Of a stretch of 64,000 bases of DNA, positions 1 through 10,467 are shown piece by piece. The notes beneath the pieces are model-generated. The model did not search any database and was not told the origin of the DNA. It worked only from the letters and a program-made list of their open reading frames with translations. The DNA comes from Alphaproteobacteria bacterium. Its GTDB lineage: Bacteria; Pseudomonadota; Alphaproteobacteria; MPNO01; UBA830. The stretch spans positions 31,901-95,900 of the forward strand of contig JAYQSP010000008.1 of NCBI GenBank assembly GCA_038146925.1, read 5' to 3'. Made by a program: the position numbers and the translations under genes. Position 1 is the stretch's first letter. Every line of letters begins with the position of its first letter.

Positions 1-731
1 TCGTTGATGTACAGGCAGGTTAGGATCGTGAACACGTATGCCTGCAAAAACGCGATCAGCAGTTCCAGAGCGGTCAGCGCGCCGACGAACGCGAGGGGCA
101 GAACGCCCGCGGCGCCCAGCAGCGGCACGAAGCCCGCAAAGACTTTGAGAAGCGTGTGTCCGGCCAGCATGTTGGCGAACAGACGCATGGCGAGGCTGAT
201 GGGACGCGAGAGGTAGGAAATAACCTCGATCGGAATCATCAGCGGCCACATCCACAGCGGCACGCCCGGCGGGACGAAAAGCGAGAAAAAGTGCATGCCG
301 TGCTTCGCGAAACCGAGAATGGTCACCCCGGTGAAGACGACCATCGCCATGGCAAATGTGACGGCGACGTGACTGGTGAAAGTGAAGCTGTAGGGCACCA
401 TGCCGAGCATGTTCCCGAACAGGATGAACATGAACAGCGTGAAAATGAACGGGAAGTACTTGCGGCCTTCATTGCCGACCGTGTCACGAATCAGATTGGC
501 GACGAATTCGTAGCACATCTCCGCGACGACCTGCCATCGGCCCGGGATCATTGCGCGTTTGCGCGTACCGGCCAGCATCAACAGGCATATCAGCGCAACC
601 GTGATCACCATCATCAGCGCAGAATTGGTGAAGGAGATATCGTTGCCGGCAACCTCGATCGGGATCAGTTCCTTGATCTCGAATTGTTCGAGTGGGCTGT
701 GTTTCTCGCCGCCGTGTGTATCAGTAGCCAA
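1..731 (-). CDS. atpB: F0F1 ATP synthase subunit a (3' end runs off window)
   Basis: Minus-strand translation from TTG at 731 gives MATDTHGGEKHSPLEQFEIK...SRPISLAMRLFANMLAGH...FLQAYVFTILTCLYIN. Not in the ORF track because the stop lies outside the window. Confidence 0.95.
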   Translation of the reverse strand, partial: MATDTHGGEKHSPLEQFEIKELIPIEVAGNDISFTNSALMMVITVALICLLMLAGTRKRAMIPGRWQVVAEMCYEFVANLIRDTVGNEGRKYFPFIFTLFMFILFGNMLGMVPYSFTFTSHVAVTFAMAMVVFTGVTILGFAKHGMHFFSLFVPPGVPLWMWPLMIPIEVISYLSRPISLAMRLFANMLAGHTLLKVFAGFVPLLGAAGVLPLAFVGALTALELLIAFLQAYVFTILTCLYIN

Positions 732-734
732 CGG

Positions 735-1103
735 TTATTCCCCGTCTCGATCCATCTTTGTGTCTTCGGACGACCGCCGGTCCGCCGGCTTGTATCCGAT
801 CGCGCCGCCCTGGTTCTGGACGACCCGGTAGACATTGAACATTCCCGCTGCCGCCCCCAACAGGAAGAACACCAGCATGAACCATGGTTTCGTACCAAGC
901 CAGCTATCGAGCAGCAGCCCGAAACCGACCCCGATGACCAGTGCCGCGACCAGTTCCGTTCCGATGCGCATTGCAAATCCCAGACCGCCCTGTGAAGATT
1001 TAGGGTTTTCGGTCCGCCCGGCTGCAACGTCCTGTTCGCTGCGAAACCGGCGTAACCGTTCGTCCAAATCCTTATGGGAGTCCCTAGGTTCGCGCTCCGT
1101 CAT
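735..1103 (-). CDS. atpI: ATP synthase protein I (AtpZ/AtpI family)
   Basis: GLGFAMRIGTELVAALVIGVGFGLLLDSWLGTKPWFMLVFFLLGAAAGMFNVYR; lies directly upstream of atpB. Start estimated. Confidence 0.9.
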   Translation of the reverse strand: MTEREPRDSHKDLDERLRRFRSEQDVAAGRTENPKSSQGGLGFAMRIGTELVAALVIGVGFGLLLDSWLGTKPWFMLVFFLLGAAAGMFNVYRVVQNQGGAIGYKPADRRSSEDTKMDRDGE

Positions 1104-1241
1104 CGAGAATTGATGCGACATGATCTTCGCAGACGATTTCGCGCCTGCGAAAGCGAGCGCACCATACGGTGTGCCCCATACCCTGTCAACCCTCGCCTTT
1201 GGCATATAACATGTTGATAATAAACAGTAAAAAGAACTGCG

Positions 1242-4200
1242 TCAGGCTGTCTCACGGAGTCGTTCCGCGGTCTGCAGATCGACCGAAACAAGCTGCGAGA
1301 CGCCGCGTTCCGACATGGTGACGCCGTACAGGCGATCCATCCGCGCCATGGTCAGGCGGTGATGGGTGACCAGCAGGAAACGGGTGCTCGACTGACGGCT
1401 CATTTCATCCAGCAGCGTGCAGAAACGGTCGACGTTGCTGTCGTCCAGCGGCGCATCGACCTCGTCCAGCACGCAGATCGGCGCCGGATTGGTCAGGAAC
1501 ACCGCGAACAGCAGCGCCAGCGCGGTCAACGCCTGCTCGCCGCCGGACAGCAGCGTCATGCTCTGCAGACGCTTGCCGGGCGGGCTGGCGAACACTTCGA
1601 GACCGGCTTCCAGCGGATCGTCCGCTTCGGTCAGCCGCAGATGCGCCCTGCCGCCGCCGAACAGCTTGGCGAACAGTTCGCGGAAATGCTGATCGACCTC
1701 GTTGAACGCTGTCACCAGACGTTCGCGGGCCTCGCGGTTAAGCCCGGAAATCCCCTGGCGCAGCCGCGCGATCGCGGCGATCAGATCTTCGCGCTCTGTT
1801 TCCATGCCGCGGATTTTTTCGTCCAGTTCCGACGCTTCCTGTTCCGCGCGCAGGTTGACCGGGCCCATATTGTCGCGTTCGCGCTGCAGGCGTTCCAGCT
1901 TGGTCTCTACCGCGTCCTGCGGCGGCAGATCGTCTTCCTCGTCGATGCCGACGGATGACAGGCAGTCTTCCGGCGCGCATTCCAGCCGTTCGGTAATGCG
2001 TTCGGCGATCACGGCCAGCGACTGGTCGATCTGCTCGACTGCCGCTTCGCGCCGCACGCGGTCTTCGCGGGTTTCCGACAGGCGGCTTTCCCGGTTGCGG
2101 AGCTCGCGGGTCAGCTCCTCCAGCCGGGTCTCGGCGGCGGCGAGATTGTCGGCTGCTTCGTTGCGGGCGGCTTCCGAGGTTTCGATCCGGTCCAGCAGGG
2201 CGGAACGTTCGGTGGCAATTTCCTGGGGACGTGCTTTCAGCTTTTCCAGTTCGGCCGTTTCCTGCGTCCGACGGGCAGCCAGCTGTTCCAGCTGTTTCAT
2301 CGCGTTCGCGGAGCGGTTCTTCCAGGATTCGAGATCGTTGGCGATGACCTGCAGGCGCAGAATGCGCGTTTCCGATTCCTGATCCAGCCGGTCGTGCGCG
2401 CTGCGGATTTCCGCAAGCGATGTGCGTTTCCCGGCAAGTTCGACCTGTTTTTCCTCGACCGTGCGCCGCCGGTCGGCGACATCGGCAAGGCCTTCCAGTT
2501 CTTCGCGGGCCGCTTTTTCCTGCGCGTCAAGCTCGGCGACATCGGCGTTCAGGCTGTCGATCGCGTCCTTGAGACCGCTGACGCGGGATCGCGCGTCCGC
2601 TGTGCTTTCGGCCAGCGCCGAGGCGTCATCGTTGGTTTTCTGCGCGTCGGCATCGGCGGCCCACACCGCTTCGCGAGCCCGCCGTTCGGCATCCGCCGCT
2701 TCACGTGCGGCGGTGGCGGTGCGTTCTCTTTCCGCACGCGCGTCGGCGGCCTTTTTCTCCGCCGTCTCCAGTTCGTCGCGCATTTCGTCCAGCCGGTTGC
2801 GTTGGGCAAGTCGGGTGGCGGCGGCGGTTGGGGCGCCGGAAGCAGCGGTATACCCGTCCCAGCGCCACAGTGCGCCGTTGGCTGAGACCAGTCGCTGACC
2901 CTGTTCCAGGTCCGCGTGCAGGCGCTGACCCTGTTCGTCGTTTTCGACCACGCCGATCTGTGACAGACGGCGCATCAGGGCTGCCGGGCCGCGCACAAAC
3001 TCACTCAGCCGTTTGACGTTTTCCGGCAGACCGCGCGGATTCTCGAACATCGGAAGCGCGCGCCAGTGAATCGGCGATGCCTCGTCGGTTGGCGCGATCA
3101 GGTCGTCGCCCAGCGCCGCGCCCAGCGCGACTTCGTAGCCGGCATCGACTTCGACCGCGTCGATCATCGGCGGCCACAATTCCGGATCGCCGAATTCCAG
3201 AAGCTCGGCCAGAGCCTCCTGCTCCGCGCGCAGTTTCGCGGCCGCCGAATCCGCACTCTGATGCGATTCGCGGGCGTCGTTCTCGGCGGTGCGGGCCTCC
3301 GTGGTGGCGCCTTCCGCTTCCTGAAGCGCGGTGCGCGCGGCGGCGGCGGCAAGCCGGGCGTTCTCGGCTGCCTTTCGCGCCGCTTCCAGCGCGCCGTTGT
3401 CGTCGGCGGCGGCTTCGGCGTCCTGTTGTTCCTTCGCAATATTGGTGCGGCGGTCTTCGAAGCGTTTACGCCGCATGTCGAACTCGGTCAGCTGGCGGCT
3501 CAGCGTCGCGCCGCGGGTCTCGTCCGCGACCACCGACCGGGTCAGCTCCGCCAGCTCGCGCTCGCGCGCTTCCACCTCGGCCTCTGCTTCTGCCAGCCGC
3601 GCTTTCGCAGCGGTCAGGTCGTCGGCTTCGCGCGTCTGGGCGGCGCGTATTTCGGTCGCTTCGCGTTCCAGATTTCCGACCGCTTCGGCAGCGTCGCCGC
3701 CCAGCGTCTTTTCGCGCTCGGTATCGGCGTCGATCTGGGCGATACGGTTCTGGATTTCCTCGCGCAGGGATTCAATGCGGCGCTCCTCGGCATCGAGTGC
3801 GTCGCGCGCGACCATCAGCCGTTGCAGCGCCGCCGCGGCTTCGGCTTCCTTCTGGCGAAGATCGGGCAGGGCCGACGACGCTTCGGCCTGTGCCGTCGTT
3901 GCGGCGGCGACCGCCTGGGTCAGTTCGGCGACCAGCGCTTCGATATTGCCAAGCTGTTCGGCGGCGGCTTCGCGTTCGGACTGCGCCGTGGTCCAGCGGA
4001 GATGCAGCAGGATCGCTTCATGGCGTTTTATATGGTCCGACAGATTGCGGTACCGGGTCGCCTGGCGTGCCTGGCGTTTCAGCAGCCGGTGCTGTTCTTC
4101 CAGCGCACCGACCACGTCTTCCAGCCTTTCCAGATTGGTTTCCGCCGCGCGCAACCGCAGCTCCGCTTCGTGCCGGCGGGCATGCAGGCCGGTAATGCCG

Positions 4201-4703
4201 GCAGCTTCTTCGAGCAGTCCGCGCCGCTGGGTCGGCTTGGCGTTGATGATGGCGCCGATGCGGCCCTGGCTGACCATCGCGGTCGACCGCGCGCCGGTGG
4301 AAGCGTCTGCGAACAGGGTCTGCACGTCGCGGGCGCGGGTGTCCATGCCGTTGACCTTGTAATGCGACCCGTGGCCCCGCTCGATCCGTCGCACCACGTC
4401 CAGCTCGTCCGAATCGTTGAACTGCGCCGGAGCCCGCCGGTCGGAATTGTCGAGCGACAGGATGACCTCGGCGAGATTGCGCGCCGGGCGGTCCGACGTG
4501 CCGGCAAAGATGACATCGTCCATCTCGCCGCCGCGCATCTGCTTGGCCGACGTTTCGCCCATGGCCCAGCGCAGCGCCTCGACCAGGTTGGACTTGCCGC
4601 AGCCATTGGGGCCGACAACACCGGTCAGCCCGTCATCAATCACCAGTTCGGTGGGTTCGACGAACGACTTGAAGCCGGTAAGACGCATACGGTTGAACTG
4701 CAA
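1242..4703 (-). CDS. smc: Chromosome segregation protein SMC
   Basis: GFKSF, Walker A GPNGCGKSN, long coiled coils, signature LSGGE, Walker B LDEVDAPLD; 1153 aa. Confidence 0.97.
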   Translation of the reverse strand: MQFNRMRLTGFKSFVEPTELVIDDGLTGVVGPNGCGKSNLVEALRWAMGETSAKQMRGGEMDDVIFAGTSDRPARNLAEVILSLDNSDRRAPAQFNDSDELDVVRRIERGHGSHYKVNGMDTRARDVQTLFADASTGARSTAMVSQGRIGAIINAKPTQRRGLLEEAAGITGLHARRHEAELRLRAAETNLERLEDVVGALEEQHRLLKRQARQATRYRNLSDHIKRHEAILLHLRWTTAQSEREAAAEQLGNIEALVAELTQAVAAATTAQAEASSALPDLRQKEAEAAAALQRLMVARDALDAEERRIESLREEIQNRIAQIDADTEREKTLGGDAAEAVGNLEREATEIRAAQTREADDLTAAKARLAEAEAEVEARERELAELTRSVVADETRGATLSRQLTEFDMRRKRFEDRRTNIAKEQQDAEAAADDNGALEAARKAAENARLAAAAARTALQEAEGATTEARTAENDARESHQSADSAAAKLRAEQEALAELLEFGDPELWPPMIDAVEVDAGYEVALGAALGDDLIAPTDEASPIHWRALPMFENPRGLPENVKRLSEFVRGPAALMRRLSQIGVVENDEQGQRLHADLEQGQRLVSANGALWRWDGYTAASGAPTAAATRLAQRNRLDEMRDELETAEKKAADARAERERTATAAREAADAERRAREAVWAADADAQKTNDDASALAESTADARSRVSGLKDAIDSLNADVAELDAQEKAAREELEGLADVADRRRTVEEKQVELAGKRTSLAEIRSAHDRLDQESETRILRLQVIANDLESWKNRSANAMKQLEQLAARRTQETAELEKLKARPQEIATERSALLDRIETSEAARNEAADNLAAAETRLEELTRELRNRESRLSETREDRVRREAAVEQIDQSLAVIAERITERLECAPEDCLSSVGIDEEDDLPPQDAVETKLERLQRERDNMGPVNLRAEQEASELDEKIRGMETEREDLIAAIARLRQGISGLNREARERLVTAFNEVDQHFRELFAKLFGGGRAHLRLTEADDPLEAGLEVFASPPGKRLQSMTLLSGGEQALTALALLFAVFLTNPAPICVLDEVDAPLDDSNVDRFCTLLDEMSRQSSTRFLLVTHHRLTMARMDRLYGVTMSERGVSQLVSVDLQTAERLRETA

Positions 4704-4733
4704 CTTCGAATTACTCCTGTTTATTCGGGACCC

Positions 4734-5384
4734 TTACTTCCCGATCATGCCGTTGAGCAGGGTGCGGAACTGATCCAGCGTCATGCCGCCGCCGTAACGG
4801 TCGCCGTTGACGAAGATCGTCGGCGTCGCCTGGACCTTGAAATCGTTGGATGCCTGCAGGCGCTGCTGCAGGATTTCGTTCTGGATTTCGACGTTCTTCA
4901 GGCACTGGTCGAACTTGTTCTGCGACATCCCGCCAAGTCGGGCGATCTTCGCCAGCGCCTGTGCCGGGTTGGACGCGCGCGACCAGCTTGCCTGCGATCC
5001 GTAGAAGGTTTCGATAAAGCCGAAGAACGTGTCGCGGCCGGAACAGCGCGCGATCATCGCCGCGCCCAGCGCCAGCCGGTCGAGGGGGAAGTCGCGGTAG
5101 ATGTATCTGATCTTGCCGGTGTCGATGAATTCCTTCTTCAGTCCGGGCAGCACCTGGGTGTGGAACTGGGCGCAATGCGGGCAGGTCAGCGACGCGTATT
5201 CGACGACCACGATCTTCGCATCCATCGGACCGAGGGCGTAATCCTTGCCCGAGATCTTCAGATCCGCGACGTTGCCGCTCGGCGCCGGCGGCTGGGCCGC
5301 ATCGTTCTGCGCCACCGCGGGCGTTGCCGTCAGGAACAGCAGGGCCGCAGCCGGGACTGCAATGTGTTTCAACATATTCCGCAT
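4734..5384 (-). CDS. DsbA-family thiol-disulfide oxidoreductase
   Basis: Signal peptide, EYASLTCPHCA, cis-Pro loop ATPTIFVNG; GGGAG SD before the ATG at 5384. Confidence 0.9.
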   Translation of the reverse strand: MRNMLKHIAVPAAALLFLTATPAVAQNDAAQPPAPSGNVADLKISGKDYALGPMDAKIVVVEYASLTCPHCAQFHTQVLPGLKKEFIDTGKIRYIYRDFPLDRLALGAAMIARCSGRDTFFGFIETFYGSQASWSRASNPAQALAKIARLGGMSQNKFDQCLKNVEIQNEILQQRLQASNDFKVQATPTIFVNGDRYGGGMTLDQFRTLLNGMIGK

Positions 5385-5503
5385 CTTCATCTCCCAAATA
5401 CAATATCTAGCGGGTAATTCTCTGTCCAGCACAGGATAGGCCCCAAATATGGCGGTTTTCAGGCGTTATCCACCGGTTTTCGGATCCGTGCCGGGGCGAT
5501 TCT

Positions 5504-6028
5504 CTATTCGGATTTGCGGCCCACGCCGACGGCGCGGCCAAGGTCCGCCAGCGCGTCGCGCAGACCGGGGTCTTCGATGGCGTCGAGGGTGCGTTGCAGC
5601 CGGGCTTCGTCGGTCTCGGGAAGGCGCTTGGGACCGACCCGACGCGGCTTGCGCATCGGCGGGACCGGCCCCTGCTGGTAGCGCAGATCCGCGACCGCCC
5701 GGTATCCGAAAAAGCCGTTTATGCGTTCGATCAGTTGCGGCGCGATATGCTGCAGTTCCAGCGCGAAGCCCGAGCTGACCCGCAGGTGCAGGATGCCGTC
5801 GCCCTTGGCTCCGCGCGGGAAGACCAGTTTCTGGGGCACAGTTTCGCGTGCCAGCAGGTCGCCGGCGATGGCCGGCCAGTCGGTGATCAGCCTGGCCTGG
5901 GCGAAGCCGCGTTTGCGCAATGCCGGCGCGGCAATCGTCGGCAGGCTTGCGCCAACGGCCAGCAGTCCCCGTTCCTTGCGGCGGCTGGGATCGTGCGGCG
6001 GGCGCTTGCGGCGGGGCGTTTTGACCAT
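5504..6028 (-). CDS. DUF721 / DciA family protein
   Basis: RKRGFAQARLITDWPAIAG...ALELQHIAPQLIERINGFFGYRAV; typical position between dsbA and mutY. Confidence 0.8.
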   Translation of the reverse strand: MVKTPRRKRPPHDPSRRKERGLLAVGASLPTIAAPALRKRGFAQARLITDWPAIAGDLLARETVPQKLVFPRGAKGDGILHLRVSSGFALELQHIAPQLIERINGFFGYRAVADLRYQQGPVPPMRKPRRVGPKRLPETDEARLQRTLDAIEDPGLRDALADLGRAVGVGRKSE

Positions 6029-6085
6029 ATGGTTATGGTAGGGTGCCGACCCGCCCCCGACAACAGACGAAGCCGTGAGAAATTC

Positions 6086-7159
6086 GTGACCGCCCGTCGC
6101 GCCAGACCGAAACAATCAGACGATCTCTCCGCCGCGCTGCTGGACTGGTACGACCGTCACCGCCGGGCGATGCCGTGGCGCGCCCTGCCGGGCGAGACGC
6201 CGGACGCCTATGCCGTGTGGCTGAGCGAGATCATGCTGCAGCAGACTACGGTGGCGACCGTCGGTCCCTACTTCGAAAAATTTCTGGCGCGCTGGCCGAC
6301 CGTCGGCGACCTTGCCGCCGCCGATCTGGACGAGGTGCTGCACGCCTGGGCCGGACTCGGCTACTACGCGCGTGCCCGCAACCTGCACAAATGCGCGAAT
6401 GTGGTTTCGGCGGAGCACGGCGGCAAGTTCCCCGACACCGAAGCGGCACTGCTGAAACTGCCGGGCATCGGCCCCTATACCGCAGCGGCGGTGGCGGCCA
6501 TTGCCTATGACCGGAAGGCGACGGTGGTTGACGGCAACGTCGAACGCGTCATGGCGCGGCTGTTCGCCGTGACCGACCCGCTGCCGGGATCGAAGCCCCG
6601 ACTGAAAGAACTGGCCGAGAGCCTGACGCCGGATCACCGCTGCGGCGATTACGCCCAGGCGACGATGGATCTCGGCGCGACGATCTGTTCGCCGGCCAAC
6701 CCGGCCTGCGGCATCTGCCCGTGGCGCGACGCCTGCGACGGACAAGCGCGGGGAATCGCCGCCGATCTGCCGAAAAAAGCCCCCAGGAAAGAACGCCCCA
6801 CCCGCTACGGCATCGCCTTCTGGCTGGTGGCCGAAGACGGTTCCGTTCTGCTGCGCCGCCGCCCGGAATCAGGCCTGCTCGGCGGCATGATGGAAGTGCC
6901 GTCCACCGATTGGGCGGAAGGCGACTGGCCGGAAGACGAGACGGCGGGCGTGCCGGTTGGAGCCGACTGGCGACCCGTGACCGGCATGGTGCGGCATACC
7001 TTCACGCATTTTCATCTGGAGCTGCGGGTACTGGCGGCGACGATCGACGGCAAGCCCGATCTCGGCGGCGTCTGGTGCCCGCCGGACGGATTTGATGATT
7101 ACGCGCTGCCGACGGTGATGAAGAAGGTGGTACGGTTGGGTGTGCAGAAAAGTGACTAG
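6086..7159 (+). CDS. mutY: A/G-specific adenine glycosylase
   Basis: WLSEIMLQQT, GLGYYARARNL, HhH LPGIGPYTA, VDGNVERV, 4Fe-4S C-x6-C-x2-C-x5-C; GTG start estimated. Confidence 0.96.
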   Translation: MTARRARPKQSDDLSAALLDWYDRHRRAMPWRALPGETPDAYAVWLSEIMLQQTTVATVGPYFEKFLARWPTVGDLAAADLDEVLHAWAGLGYYARARNLHKCANVVSAEHGGKFPDTEAALLKLPGIGPYTAAAVAAIAYDRKATVVDGNVERVMARLFAVTDPLPGSKPRLKELAESLTPDHRCGDYAQATMDLGATICSPANPACGICPWRDACDGQARGIAADLPKKAPRKERPTRYGIAFWLVAEDGSVLLRRRPESGLLGGMMEVPSTDWAEGDWPEDETAGVPVGADWRPVTGMVRHTFTHFHLELRVLAATIDGKPDLGGVWCPPDGFDDYALPTVMKKVVRLGVQKSD

Positions 7160-7171
7160 GCGCTGCCGCGC

Positions 7172-8152
7172 TCAGCTTTCTGTTGCCGCCACCCTTTCTT
7201 TCCACGCTGTCACCATCCCGCCAGCCGCATTGTCCCCCAGCCGCGACATCGCCTGCGCCACGAAATCCATGCCGGCGCGGTCCATGAAGGCCTGCATCAG
7301 GCGCAGGGTGACCGGGCCGGGAAGGGGCGTGCCGTCTTCGCCTGCGCCGCCGATTGGCGCGCCGTTCAGGCTGGTCGTCGGCATGATGACCGGCGTGGTG
7401 CTGCAGACGAAGGCTTCGTCGGCGGCGTAGACATCATAGGGCGTGTAGTTGCCTTCGACCGCTTCGATTCCAAGCTCGGCGGCCAGCTCCAGGATAGTGG
7501 CGCGGGTCACGCCGCCCAGCACGTTGCGGGCGGACGACGTGTGCAGTTTGCCGTCGGCCACGAAGAAGAAATTTCCGGTATTGGTTTCGGTGATATTGCC
7601 GTCGCCGTCCAGCATCAGCGGGATCGCGCCGGGGTCGACGCGCCCGGCTTCCAGTGCCGCCTGGATCTGGTTCATCCGGCTCAGCACCTTGGCCTTCGGG
7701 TCGATGCTGTCGGGCGGTGTGCGGCGTACGCCGGGGGTCATCAGCCGCAGCCCGTTCACGTATGTCCCCGCATAGGTGTCGAATTCGATTTCGACGCAGA
7801 ACATGGAAACGATGGTTTTCGACGGCCGGCCCATGACGTTGTCGCCGCGGGTGATGACGTGCCAGACCGCGTAGTCGCTGGCCGCGTCGATCCGGCCGAG
7901 ATTGCGGTCGAGCGTTTCCTGCGTCGCGGCGGCAAGTTCCGCGCGGCTCAGACCCGGATCGATGCGGACATAGGCGAGCGACCGGAACAGCCGGTGGAGA
8001 TGTGCATCCAGGCTGAACAGCTTGTGGCCGAATGTGCGGGTGACCTCGTAAATGCCGTCACCGCCGAAAAAGCCGCGTTCGGTGACCGGAATCAGCGCGT
8101 CTGCTTCCGGCACGAACGCGCCGTTCAGATAGATGATGTTATCGCCGCTCAT
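7172..8152 (-). CDS. PLP-dependent aminotransferase class IV (BCAT/DAT-like)
   Basis: IYLNGAFVP, RGFFGGDGIYEVTRT, DPKAK, ETNTGNFF, LGGVTR, ADEAF. Confidence 0.88.
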   Translation of the reverse strand: MSGDNIIYLNGAFVPEADALIPVTERGFFGGDGIYEVTRTFGHKLFSLDAHLHRLFRSLAYVRIDPGLSRAELAAATQETLDRNLGRIDAASDYAVWHVITRGDNVMGRPSKTIVSMFCVEIEFDTYAGTYVNGLRLMTPGVRRTPPDSIDPKAKVLSRMNQIQAALEAGRVDPGAIPLMLDGDGNITETNTGNFFFVADGKLHTSSARNVLGGVTRATILELAAELGIEAVEGNYTPYDVYAADEAFVCSTTPVIMPTTSLNGAPIGGAGEDGTPLPGPVTLRLMQAFMDRAGMDFVAQAMSRLGDNAAGGMVTAWKERVAATES

Positions 8153-8264
8153 CGTTGTCTTCCTCTGCGTTTTCGGTCCCGGCCACCGCAAAGCGTATGA
8201 AGAAACCCGGATCGAGTCCATGAGACGCTTTTGACGCAGATGGACGGGGCATGACATCGGGCGG

Positions 8265-8281
8265 TGTAAAGAAATTTTACG
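8265..8281 (+). promoter_or_regulatory. Putative enhancer-binding-protein site (TGT-N11-ACA type) for the PEP-CTERM gene
   Basis: TGTAAAGAAATTTTACG, a near-palindrome about 65 bp upstream of a sigma54 promoter. Confidence 0.6.
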
Positions 8282-8345
8282 AATTCGTCATGCCGACCCC
8301 GCGCCCTTCGGTCTAATGGTCTGAAAACATGATGTTTTTGGAGAC

Positions 8346-8361
8346 TGGCACGTATCTTGCT
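8346..8361 (+). promoter_or_regulatory. Sigma54 (RpoN) -24/-12 promoter
   Basis: TGGCACG-TATC-TTGCT, consensus match with correct GG-N10-GC spacing, about 48 nt before the ATG at 8409. Confidence 0.85.
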
Positions 8362-8408
8362 TTGATAATCAGCAACGGCATAAACGCGTAGAGTTGGGAA
8401 GTTTCGTT

Positions 8409-9071
8409 ATGATCCATCGCCTGTCCTTCAAAAATCTGCTGGTCGCCGCGGCCCTGGTGTTCCCGGTATCAGCCAACGCCGTCACCCTGGTGCAGACCAG
8501 CGATCCGGGCTTTTACAACAACAGCATCGGCACGGTGCTTAATCTGACCAACGGCGGCGAAGGCGGACCGTTTCCGGTGACCAACGATTCAACGCTGAAT
8601 TTCCCCACCGCGCCAGATTTGAGCGCGGCGAGCGGCGCGTTGGGCAACTGGCTGACCGATCCCGGAAGCCTGAATGCCAACTGGTCCGCCGAAGCGTCGA
8701 TCCCCAATTCTTGGACGCCTGGTGACGAGGTCGCGATCATCTATGAATTCAATACACTGGGTGCGACCAATGTGGTCGCCAATTTCGGCGTAGATAACGG
8801 CATCTTCGCCTGGCTGGACGGAAATTATCTGTTCGGCGCGCGTGCCGGCGGCGGACCGATTCTGGGCGAGTATTCGCTCAACCTCGGCGATCTGGCTGCG
8901 GGCACACATTACCTGCAGCTGTTGCTGGAAGATCACGGCGGTTCGAACGGCTACGCGGTGCAGATCACCGCGGATACGTTCATCTCCGCGCCCGTGCCGG
9001 AACCTGCCACGCTCGCCATCCTGGGGCTGGGGCTCGCCGGGCTGGGATTTGCGCGCCGTCGCCGGCGGTAA
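8409..9071 (+). CDS. PEP-CTERM sorting domain protein (exosortase target)
   Basis: Signal peptide ending SANA; C-terminal VPEPATLAILGLGLAGLGFARRRRR. Confidence 0.93.
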   Translation: MIHRLSFKNLLVAAALVFPVSANAVTLVQTSDPGFYNNSIGTVLNLTNGGEGGPFPVTNDSTLNFPTAPDLSAASGALGNWLTDPGSLNANWSAEASIPNSWTPGDEVAIIYEFNTLGATNVVANFGVDNGIFAWLDGNYLFGARAGGGPILGEYSLNLGDLAAGTHYLQLLLEDHGGSNGYAVQITADTFISAPVPEPATLAILGLGLAGLGFARRRRR

Positions 9072-9103
9072 GGTTTCGCGTAAGCGGGCAGCATCCCGCT
9101 AGT

Positions 9104-9132
9104 TATTCCCCCGGCACAAGGCCGGGGGAATA
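9104..9132. repeat. Perfect 12-bp-stem hairpin (REP-like or bidirectional terminator) within a four-hairpin array
   Basis: TATTCCCCCGGC-ACAAG-GCCGGGGGAATA between convergent genes. Confidence 0.6.
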
Positions 9133-9205
9133 GACATATTGCAGTAGCTAAACCGTCTGAAATATAGACGCTCCAGGGGCCGTATCGATCCGGCCCGCGT
9201 CTGCA

Positions 9206-10357
<1,152 letters not shown>

Positions 10358-10467
10358 TTATCCACAAAGCATGATTCCAGCGCGACTCCCCGTCAAGAAT
10401 TATTTTTAGAGTCAAAGGGTTAGGGTGAATCTACGCTATATCTGGAGTCCCGGACTCTGCGAGACTC
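10358..10467 (-). promoter_or_regulatory. ccrM promoter region: sigma70-like TTGACG-N17-CATGCT, seven GANTC sites, DnaA box
   Basis: GANTC at 10373, 10384, 10409, 10427, 10445, 10453 and 10463; TTATCCACA at 10358-10366. Confidence 0.7.

Noticed and set aside
3066-5417. 783-aa plus-strand ORF and many other long overlapping ORFs (e.g. 20617-22119, 30904-32433, 41933-43228)
   Set aside because: Antisense or frame shadows of real genes in high-GC DNA; no recognisable motifs.
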